Assembly (NCBI GenBank): GCA_963726095.1
Contig: CAVSBD010000004.1
Coordinates: 144,681 to 176,680 of the forward strand
Length of the DNA stretch: 32,000 nucleotides
Direction: 5' to 3'
Origin: an uncultured Acidobacteriaceae bacterium
GTDB taxonomy: Bacteria; Acidobacteriota; Terriglobia; Terriglobales; Acidobacteriaceae
The translations under genes and the position numbers were made by a program. Of the stretch, positions 25,209-32,000 are shown one piece after another. The number at the start of each line of letters is the position of its first letter. Position 1 is the stretch's first letter. The notes beneath the pieces are model-generated. The model ran no database searches and was not told the origin of the DNA. It saw only the letters and a list, made by a program, of their open reading frames with translations.

Positions 25209-25772
25209 ATGATCACGATTGTTTCCGGACTACCACGGTCTGGCACCTCCCTGATGATGCAGATGCTGGCCGCTGGCGGAATGCCGGTCCTGTCGGACGG
25301 CGAGCGCCAGGCCGACACCGATAACCCAAAAGGCTATCTGGAGTGGGAGCGCATCAAGCAGCTGCCGAAAGATCCGAGCCTGATCGCGGAAGCGGAAGGC
25401 AAAGCCGTCAAGGTCATTTCGCAGCTGATTCTATCGCTGCCCATGAACCACGATTACCGGATCGTATTCATGCAGCGGCCGCTGCCCGAGGTTTTGAAGT
25501 CGCAGGATGAAATGCTTAAACGCCGTGGAAATACAGATTCAATCGGGGACAATTCGGCCATCGAAGAAGCGTTTCAGCGCCACCTGATTGAGGTGAACCG
25601 ATGGCTTTCTGGAAAATCGAATGTGCAGGTCATGCGCGCCCACTATCATCGTGTGCTGCGCGAACCAAAAATAGCCGCGGAAGAAGTGGCTGCATTCTTG
25701 AACGTTCCGCTCGACCTCGCAGCCATGGTCCGGCAAGTGGATGGCAGCCTCTACCGCAATCGGATGAAGTAG
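25209..25772 (+). CDS. Sulfotransferase family protein
   Basis: N-terminal PAPS 5'-phosphosulfate-binding loop IVSGLPRSGTSLMMQML. Size and layout fit small bacterial sulfotransferases. I prefer the ATG at 25209 over the TTG at 25131. Confidence 0.7.
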   Translation: MITIVSGLPRSGTSLMMQMLAAGGMPVLSDGERQADTDNPKGYLEWERIKQLPKDPSLIAEAEGKAVKVISQLILSLPMNHDYRIVFMQRPLPEVLKSQDEMLKRRGNTDSIGDNSAIEEAFQRHLIEVNRWLSGKSNVQVMRAHYHRVLREPKIAAEEVAAFLNVPLDLAAMVRQVDGSLYRNRMK

Positions 25773-25795
25773 CGACTCGGAATTCAGATTCGCGT

Positions 25796-26365
25796 TCATC
25801 CTGTCTGCCCAGGAGGCAGTGCAAATCCGATTTTCCTTCGGCGGAGCGCCGGCGGGCTCATCAATCGATTGATGATTTTGATGATTTCGCGGATGGCGTT
25901 GTCGTGTGTTCCAACGTGTTCTTCCAGTTCCTTGATCTTCGCGGCGAATTCTTTGTTCGCGGTGAGCGCTTCGCGCAACCGCACAAATGCGCGCACGACA
26001 AACACACTCATTCTGACTGCTTGTTTCGAGTTGAGAACACTCGCCGCCATGATCGCGCCGTGTTCTGTGTAGGCATATGGAAGCGAACGGCGACCACCGC
26101 GTCCAATCTTTGCGGTTGCAAATTGCAACCGCAAAGATTTGAACTCTCGTGGCGTTAGACGGATTATAAAATCGGATGGAAATCGCTCGCGGTTGCGATT
26201 GACCTGCTGGTTGAGACGCTTCACCGGAACTCCGTAGATCTCGGCCAAGGCCGAGTCGATGATAATTTTCTGGTGGCGGAGAATTGCGATTCTGGATTCG
26301 ATTGGAACGATCGTCGCTTTTGGAACTCGCGGTGAGCCATTATGTGGCGGTTTGCGGTTGGGCAT
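25796..26365 (-). CDS. ORF6N (KilA-N-like) domain protein
   Basis: IAILRHQKIIIDSALAEIYGVPVKRLNQQVNRNRERFPSDFIIRLTPREF...LPYAYTEHGAIMAASVLNS matches the ORF6N pattern, and a coiled-coil tail follows. Confidence 0.8.
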   Translation of the reverse strand: MPNRKPPHNGSPRVPKATIVPIESRIAILRHQKIIIDSALAEIYGVPVKRLNQQVNRNRERFPSDFIIRLTPREFKSLRLQFATAKIGRGGRRSLPYAYTEHGAIMAASVLNSKQAVRMSVFVVRAFVRLREALTANKEFAAKIKELEEHVGTHDNAIREIIKIINRLMSPPALRRRKIGFALPPGQTG

Positions 26366-26464
26366 CGGTCGGTCAATCCGAAATCCTGATCGTAGCGCCG
26401 TCAGGCACTCTCAAGATGTGATCGCAGCACGGTGAGAATGTGATGAATCCGAAGGATGCTGCAT

Positions 26465-27121
26465 TTACCCAAACGGAGACTTCGATCTCCATCGGCCGAA
26501 GCCGACGAACAGCAGACCGAGTCCAGTGAACGCGGCCGCGATTGCGACCACATTCATAACGACACGACCATAGCCCAGCGCACCGGCATCGAGAAACGGA
26601 TAAACATAGCGGCCGAGGACGGCTCCCCGAATCATGGAATACACCAGATAGACCGTGGGATAAACCAGCCACACTGGCACGTCGCGGAAACGCAACTCGT
26701 CTTTGCGCACAAACAGAAGCCAAAACAATATGGATAGCCCTGGGATCGCGTCGTGAAGGAGGACATCGGCGATCTTTTGCAATCCTTCCGGGTCCCAGAT
26801 ATGTCGCAGCGCGAGTGAGTAAACAATTCCTACGATCGCGATGTAGAGCGTAACTGCGGCCTGCACTGCGGGACGGGTTGCCAGACTACCCAAGGCCGAA
26901 GGTGTTCTCCGTAAGGAAAGGGTCAGAGTCACCGCAACCAGCAGATTGGTCAGGATGGTGAAAAAACTAAAATAGTTGACGATGGCGGCGGCGATCGGCA
27001 GGCCGCTGGCCCTCGCGTTGACTATCACGAGGTAAAACTGAAGCAGGAGACCGTACCATGCAAGCACAGCGATCGCAGCTGCGGCGCGCCTCGCTGACGT
27101 ACTCGGTGAAGTGGTGGACAC
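26465..27121 (-). CDS. Pr6Pr family membrane protein
   Basis: A six-TM-like ORF with YGLLLQFYLVI, NYFSFFTILTNLLVAV and the family-typical spacing. Its GTG start lies 3 nt after the mutase stop. Confidence 0.7.
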   Translation of the reverse strand: MSTTSPSTSARRAAAAIAVLAWYGLLLQFYLVIVNARASGLPIAAAIVNYFSFFTILTNLLVAVTLTLSLRRTPSALGSLATRPAVQAAVTLYIAIVGIVYSLALRHIWDPEGLQKIADVLLHDAIPGLSILFWLLFVRKDELRFRDVPVWLVYPTVYLVYSMIRGAVLGRYVYPFLDAGALGYGRVVMNVVAIAAAFTGLGLLFVGFGRWRSKSPFG

Positions 27122-27124
27122 CGT

Positions 27125-28933
27125 TTAAGTGATGCTGACCTCAGTGTACGTTCCGTAAACCTCGCGCAGCGCCTCGCAAATCTCACCTACGGTCGCGTAA
27201 GCGCGGACTGCGTCGACGATGTAGGGCATGGTATTGGCGTCGGAAATATTTCCGTTTGTAGCGGCGGACGGAGCCTTTGCTGCGGCCTGTTTCAGGGCAT
27301 CGAGCCTGCGCCGTACTTCGTCGTTTGAACGGCGAGCGCGCAATGCTTGCAGCTTCTTTTCCTGGGCACGCGCGACCGATTCGTCGATATAGAGAATGTG
27401 CGGCGATTCCTCTTCGATCACGAAATCGTTCACGCCCACTGTGATCTTCTCATTCGCTTCGACTGCCCGCTGGTATTGATAACTGGCTTCGGCAATTTCT
27501 TTTTGCGGATAGCCGCGCTCGATGGCTTTGACCATGCCTCCCATGTGATCGAGCTTTTCGAAATAATCGAAGGCGCCTTTTTCCATATCGAGCGTGAGCT
27601 TCTCGACGAAGTAACTTCCGCCGAGAGGATCGACAGTTTGCGCGACACCCGATTCGAAAGCGATGATCTGCTGCGTACGCAGCGCAATGCGCGCTGCTTC
27701 GGCCGTCGGCAAAGCAAGCGCCTCGTCATAGGCGTCCGTATGCAACGACTGCGTGCCGCCAAGAACAGCGGCCAATGCCTGGATGGCGACGCGCGCGATG
27801 TTGTTCATTGGTTGCTGCGCGGGCAGCGAAACGCCAGCCGTCTGGGTATGGAAACGCATCAGGCGGGTGCGGTCGTGCTTTGCGCCGAAACGGTCTTTCA
27901 TCAGGCGATACCAGATCTTGCGAGCGGCGCGGTATTTGGCTATTTCCTCAAAAAAATCGTTGTGTGCATTAAAGAAGAAGCTGAGCCGCGGTCCGAAGTC
28001 GTCTACATCCAGTCCACGACGGCGCGCCCACTCGACATACTCGACCCCGTCGTAGATGGTAAAGGCGAGTTCCTGAAGGGCGGTCGAGCCAGCTTCGCGA
28101 ATGTGATATCCGCTTATCGAAATGGTGTTGAAGCGCGGCGTAAACTTCGCACCGAACTCGAAGGTGTCAATGACCAATCGCATCGACGGCGCAGGCGGAT
28201 AAATGTATTCCTTCTGCGCGATATATTCCTTAAGGATGTCGTTCTGGAGAGTGCCGGAAATTTTCTTCCAGTCCGCACCCTGCTTCTCCGCGACCACCAG
28301 ATACATCGCCCAGAGGACACTGGCCGGCGAGTTGATGGTCATCGAGGTTGTGATTTTTTCGAGTGGAATGCCGTCGAACAGAATCTCCATATCTTCGAGC
28401 GAATCGATGGCGACACCGCACTTGCCCACTTCTCCTTCGCTGGCGGGATGATCGGAGTCGTATCCCATCAATGTGGGGAGATCGAAAGCGACGGAGAGGC
28501 CGCCGCCGCCGTGTTCCAGAAGATACTTGTAGCGCTGATTGGTTTCTTCGGGCGAGGCGAACCCGGAGAACATGCGCATCGTCCACAACTTGCCGCGATA
28601 GCCGGTGGCGTGAATGCCGCGTGTAAACGGAGGTTGGCCGGGATAGCCGAGATATTGATCGTAGTTCCAATCGGCCGGAAGATCGGCCTGCGTGTAAAGC
28701 CTCCGAACGGGGACGTTCGAGATCGTACTGAAACGGGCGTGGTTGTCCTCGTCGAGGTTCGTGCCTGTAGGAGCTCCGATCGGCTTTTCAGGAGCTTTCT
28801 CGAGCGTGGGCGCGAGGGTATTCTCTGCCCAGGCTTTTTCCGACGGGGATGGATTGCGACCATCGAAGACGTCGGAAACTGGGCTTTCAGCTAAGGTCTT
28901 GCTGGCGTTCGCCTTTGGTTTTTCGTCAGGCAT
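27125..28933 (-). CDS. Acyl-CoA mutase large (substrate-binding TIM-barrel) subunit, MCM/ICM family; no B12-binding domain
   Basis: [82 protein letters not shown] and HTQTAGVSL. The protein ends right after the barrel. I prefer the ATG at 28933, because the track N-terminal extension overlaps the divergent gene. Confidence 0.88.
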   Translation of the reverse strand: MPDEKPKANASKTLAESPVSDVFDGRNPSPSEKAWAENTLAPTLEKAPEKPIGAPTGTNLDEDNHARFSTISNVPVRRLYTQADLPADWNYDQYLGYPGQPPFTRGIHATGYRGKLWTMRMFSGFASPEETNQRYKYLLEHGGGGLSVAFDLPTLMGYDSDHPASEGEVGKCGVAIDSLEDMEILFDGIPLEKITTSMTINSPASVLWAMYLVVAEKQGADWKKISGTLQNDILKEYIAQKEYIYPPAPSMRLVIDTFEFGAKFTPRFNTISISGYHIREAGSTALQELAFTIYDGVEYVEWARRRGLDVDDFGPRLSFFFNAHNDFFEEIAKYRAARKIWYRLMKDRFGAKHDRTRLMRFHTQTAGVSLPAQQPMNNIARVAIQALAAVLGGTQSLHTDAYDEALALPTAEAARIALRTQQIIAFESGVAQTVDPLGGSYFVEKLTLDMEKGAFDYFEKLDHMGGMVKAIERGYPQKEIAEASYQYQRAVEANEKITVGVNDFVIEEESPHILYIDESVARAQEKKLQALRARRSNDEVRRRLDALKQAAAKAPSAATNGNISDANTMPYIVDAVRAYATVGEICEALREVYGTYTEVSIT

Positions 28934-29135
28934 TCGACTCCCCGCACTGCTCTCGATGATAGAGGAGGGTTCGGATAGCAACAAGGTTAGGCACCGACCG
29001 AGCGGTTGGTGAGTAGACCCTCGCGCTCCGCTGGATATTGCTTTGCCTTGACCGCAATCGTGGTCGCACCTATGCTTTTCAAACCCGTGCTTTTCATTCC
29101 TGCATGCGGAGGAAATTCTGAAAGCATTCCGGCGT

Positions 29136-29756
29136 TTGTTGCAGCGCACACCTTTCTACGGCGCATACAAGAGGCTTGGCCATTACCCTGACTATTGGTA
29201 CTGGATGCTGCGTGGGCGGCCGGAACGATCCCCTCATTTACTCAAGCAAATGGCAGTTCGCTTATATGGCGTCACGTACGACCTGAAGACACTGGTCGAA
29301 ACCGGAACTTATTACGGGGAAATGGTCGCGGCGATGAAGAACCGATTCGACCATATTTATTCCATCGAATTTGTGCCTGAACTGGCGCAACGAGCTATTC
29401 GCAAATTCGCGCGATACAAGCACATCAGAATTTTCCTCGGAGACAGTCGCGCGGTCATGCCTGAAGTGCTGGCGATATTGACGGGGCCGGCACTGTTCTG
29501 GCTGGACGCGGGATACTACGGTTGGGTCGGAATTCGCGCAAATGAGCAGCGCCTCTCGGCGGAACTGGAAATGATTCTGAAGCATCCCCACCGCCACATC
29601 ATCCTGCTCGATGATGCGCGGGGTCTCACTGGGCGGGACGGAATTCCGTCGGTTGACGACGTCAAGAATTATGTGGAATCGAAGTTCCCCGAGCGCGAAG
29701 TCGAAGTGGTAGACGACATCATGCGCATTACGTTCCGCATCGACCAGGATTCCTGA
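29136..29756 (+). CDS. Putative class I SAM-dependent methyltransferase-like protein
   Basis: Motif-I-like [12 protein letters not shown] and a later acidic ILLDDARG block. TTG start at 29136; an alternative ATG lies at 29205. The family call is tentative. Confidence 0.5.
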   Translation: MLQRTPFYGAYKRLGHYPDYWYWMLRGRPERSPHLLKQMAVRLYGVTYDLKTLVETGTYYGEMVAAMKNRFDHIYSIEFVPELAQRAIRKFARYKHIRIFLGDSRAVMPEVLAILTGPALFWLDAGYYGWVGIRANEQRLSAELEMILKHPHRHIILLDDARGLTGRDGIPSVDDVKNYVESKFPEREVEVVDDIMRITFRIDQDS

Positions 29757-30311
29757 CTAATGTTTCAACAAGTCGTCGGACAGCATGTGCGCTTTCTCCG
29801 CCAAGGTGCTTGCTCGCCGCAGGTCGCCATCTTTCAATGCCGAACGCGCTCCACCCATGTAGTTATGAATTTGGTCCACGGTTTCTTGCTGCCGCGCATT
29901 CAACGTGCGCAGCGTGAGTTGGCTCAGTTGGTCATCGGTTGAACTGAGCAACCGCTCGGCGCTCTGGCGTTGGTGCGCCTGTTCGGCTGGAGTCAATCCG
30001 GGAGCGATCTGCGCTGCCGGTTCGCGGGCTCCTCCTTCGCGAACGACGATCTTGCGTGGAGCCCCATCCGGGGGCGGCGCGGCGCGTTTGCGGCGTTTTT
30101 TGACGGTGCCCGGCGCTGGTGCGGTGGCGGAAGAACCTGCGGGCGCTTTCTCTTTGACGGGAGCATCCTGAATGCTTGCATCTGGCGGCGGCTTTTCAGT
30201 GGGCTGCGCCTGTGGGGTCGCGGAGCCTGTCGCGTCCTGCCTCCAGGAGGCCATGCCCGCAACCGGGATAATGGCGCAGAGTGCGAGCGTAATGATCCAG
30301 CGAAGTTGCAT
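29757..30311 (-). CDS. Hypothetical secreted Pro/Ala-rich protein
   Basis: The ATG at 30311 gives the signal-like MQLRWIITLALCAIIPVAG. A low-complexity PA-rich middle and a helical C-terminus follow. Confidence 0.5.
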   Translation of the reverse strand: MQLRWIITLALCAIIPVAGMASWRQDATGSATPQAQPTEKPPPDASIQDAPVKEKAPAGSSATAPAPGTVKKRRKRAAPPPDGAPRKIVVREGGAREPAAQIAPGLTPAEQAHQRQSAERLLSSTDDQLSQLTLRTLNARQQETVDQIHNYMGGARSALKDGDLRRASTLAEKAHMLSDDLLKH

Positions 30312-30432
30312 CACGGAGTCAAACTGCTTCCCGCGCAAGCGCAAGGGAGCATAGAAAAACAATTCTAAGTCAGAATTGGGGCTGTCGCGTCAGTATCGGC
30401 GTACGCCGCCTCGCTGATAAAGAGTGTTCTTT

Positions 30433-30470
30433 GGAAAAAAAACGGAGGAAGCGGGTTTCACTTCCTCCGT
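30433..30470 (-). terminator. Rho-independent terminator of the OmpA-family gene
   Basis: Perfect 10-bp stem ACGGAGGAAG (30442-30451) / CTTCCTCCGT (30461-30470). On the minus strand a T8 run follows. Confidence 0.8.
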
Positions 30471-30492
30471 CGTGTTCTCGGTGCCAGTGTAA

Positions 30493-32000
30493 TTACTTTT
30501 TCTCGGGCGCCGCTTTCTTCTTGGCTGCTGGCTTCTTCGCCAATGCAGCCTTCCTCTCGGCTTCGCGTCCGCCGATCAGCGTCAGCGAATCGGCCGCGTT
30601 GAACGGATAGTGGCGGACCGAGGTCTCGGTCTCTCCCTTACCGTTGTTCAGAGTGACATCGACGCGGCGATTGCTCGCCCATCTGATCACCGTGAGGTTG
30701 CGGAGGAATCGTGTCTTCTCCTCCTTGGTGATGTCCGGATTGGCTTCGACGGCGGACTTGACTTCATCTGCAGTCAGGTTGTGCTGTTTGCCGAAATCCT
30801 TGGTATCGATGTCGGCTTCGGGAATGCCCTGTGCGACCAGGAAGCTCTTGACGCGCGTCGTGCGACGCTCCGAGAGTGCCTGGTTATAGGGCACGGAACC
30901 GCGCTCGTCGGCGTGACCTTCCAGAGTCAAGTGAGCACCCGGAACTTGCGTGAGGTAGACCTTGAAATCCGAGGCCAGCGTAGTGAGGGTTTGTTCCTGA
31001 CTCGTCACTAGACCGCCGGTCGGGTCTTTCTCCGTGGGCTTCGCGGTTGCGAAGTAGACGCTATGCAGCGCGAGGCGAGCTTCAAGCACCTTGTCGACGA
31101 CTGGCACTGGAGGCGGCGGGTTGTTTACCGAGACCGTGGTCGATGTCGATGCAGTCAATCCGCGGGAATCGGTACAAGTTGAATTCACCGTCACTGGACC
31201 TGCCGAAGCGCCAGTGGTGGTCAGGGTCGCGGAGTTGCCGCTACCAGAAACGCTGCCCGAGCTCGACGTCCAGTTCGCGACCGTTACGGTAGCGTTGTCG
31301 GGACTGGTGCAGGTACAACTAATCGTCGATGAAGTTCCTATGTCAACCGTCGTCGGATTCGCGGAGCAGGAGATCTGCGGCGGATTCAGAGGCTTCACGG
31401 TGAAATTGGATGAGCAGCTCGCCGTGTTGTTCTTCTTGGCCTTCGAGTCGGTGATGGTGGCCGTGGCAACGTATGCGCCAGGCGCTGCGCCGTTCGTGTC
31501 GATGCTCGCAGCGGTGTCTTTTCCTTCGATCTTGCCACCGGTACTTGCCCACGCGTAGGTCACGGTGTGCTTGGGATTGAAGTTGCTGCCAGCGACGGTG
31601 ACATGCAGAGGCTCGCCAACGAGGACTTCGGTACGGTCGATGGTGCAGGCCGCGGCCACCGGAACTTCCGGGGCTCCGCCAAAGTTAAACACCAGACCCG
31701 TGGTGAGGCGTACACCGTTATAGGTTTGACGGCGCAAAGCGCTGTCGTCGGCAGGAACATTGCCCGAGAAATTCACGCGCTGCAGTTGGTAGTCGGCTTC
31801 GAACAAGCGTAACGTGATCGGCTTCCACAACTTAAGATCCATGCCGCCACCCAGAACCGCGGCTACGCCGTTGGTCGAATCGATCCCTCTCGACGAGAGA
31901 CGCTGAAATCCGACCAGGGTGTGCACGAAGACGTTCACGTCATCGCCACGCCAGGTGTACTTCGGTCCAACCGCAACCGTGCTGATGCTGGCATTGCGAT
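30493..32000 (-). CDS. OmpA-family outer membrane protein (beta-barrel + Ig-like modules + OmpA C-terminal domain); 5' end outside the window
   Basis: C-terminal OmpA-like domain LEGHADERGSVPYNQALSERRTTRVKSFLVAQG. The reading frame stays open upstream of the track start to nt 32000 (...GPKYTWRGDDVNVFVHTLVGF, barrel-like). Confidence 0.85.
   Translation of the reverse strand, partial: RNASISTVAVGPKYTWRGDDVNVFVHTLVGFQRLSSRGIDSTNGVAAVLGGGMDLKLWKPITLRLFEADYQLQRVNFSGNVPADDSALRRQTYNGVRLTTGLVFNFGGAPEVPVAAACTIDRTEVLVGEPLHVTVAGSNFNPKHTVTYAWASTGGKIEGKDTAASIDTNGAAPGAYVATATITDSKAKKNNTASCSSNFTVKPLNPPQISCSANPTTVDIGTSSTISCTCTSPDNATVTVANWTSSSGSVSGSGNSATLTTTGASAGPVTVNSTCTDSRGLTASTSTTVSVNNPPPPVPVVDKVLEARLALHSVYFATAKPTEKDPTGGLVTSQEQTLTTLASDFKVYLTQVPGAHLTLEGHADERGSVPYNQALSERRTTRVKSFLVAQGIPEADIDTKDFGKQHNLTADEVKSAVEANPDITKEEKTRFLRNLTVIRWASNRRVDVTLNNGKGETETSVRHYPFNAADSLTLIGGREAERKAALAKKPAAKKKAAPEKK

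Noticed and set aside
28934-29135. Cobalamin riboswitch in the leader of the acyl-CoA mutase gene.
   Set aside because: I saw no B12-box-like consensus on the minus strand. By eye this is only weak negative evidence, and a covariance-model scan would be decisive.
3126-29756. The two ETGT(F/Y)xG methyltransferase-like genes (3126..3782 and 29136..29756) as a duplicated pair or system.
   Set aside because: Similarity is limited to the generic SAM motif I. They lie 26 kb apart in unrelated contexts.

Overview
All calls here come from reading the sequence and ORF track by eye. No search, HMM or folding program was run, and family names come from remembered motif signatures. This is a 32-kb chromosomal window with a high-GC backbone. 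The gene families, the Gly-rich TolC-like protein, the GloVer-repeat protein and the many short hairpin/REP-like repeats suggest an Acidobacteriota (Terriglobia-like) soil bacterium, but that is inference only. About 30 protein genes look credible.

- **0-7.5 kb, envelope/polysaccharide block:** TolC-like OMP, GT2, O-methyltransferase, glgC, UDP-sugar dehydrogenase, YdcF/DUF218.
- **7.5-15.9 kb:** CDGSH Fe-S protein, a triple-PilZ protein, a Tat-signal SpdH-like flavin oxidoreductase split by a +1 frameshift, a PPOX-family protein, a PQQ-like beta-propeller/Big_1 surface protein, YihY/BrkB, and a cold-shock protein with a clear terminator.
- **16.0-20.6 kb, lower-GC accessory island:** bounded on the left by a C24 homopolymer and on the right by a G-rich tract on the opposite strand. 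It carries a stand-alone BrnA-type antitoxin, a GloVer-repeat secreted protein and several 59-97 codon orphan genes. These include a translationally coupled soluble + 2-TM pair and a possibly frameshifted zinc-ribbon gene.
- **20.1-20.9 kb:** a repeat-filled non-coding stretch.
- **20.9-32 kb, backbone again:** AlkA-like glycosylase, TonB, zinc-ribbon/DUF4870 protein, an MthK-like RCK protein with a degenerate selectivity filter, two small orphans, sulfotransferase, ORF6N protein, Pr6Pr membrane protein, acyl-CoA mutase large subunit, methyltransferase-like protein, a secreted Pro/Ala-rich protein, and an OmpA-family protein truncated at the window edge.

I recognised no rRNA, tRNA, CRISPR array, integrase or transposase. 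A recurring feature is a short tandem direct repeat (7-15 bp units, 2-4 copies) just upstream of a start codon; this occurs at five loci. The best candidate for something undescribed is the island and its small-gene cassette, but the evidence is only contextual.
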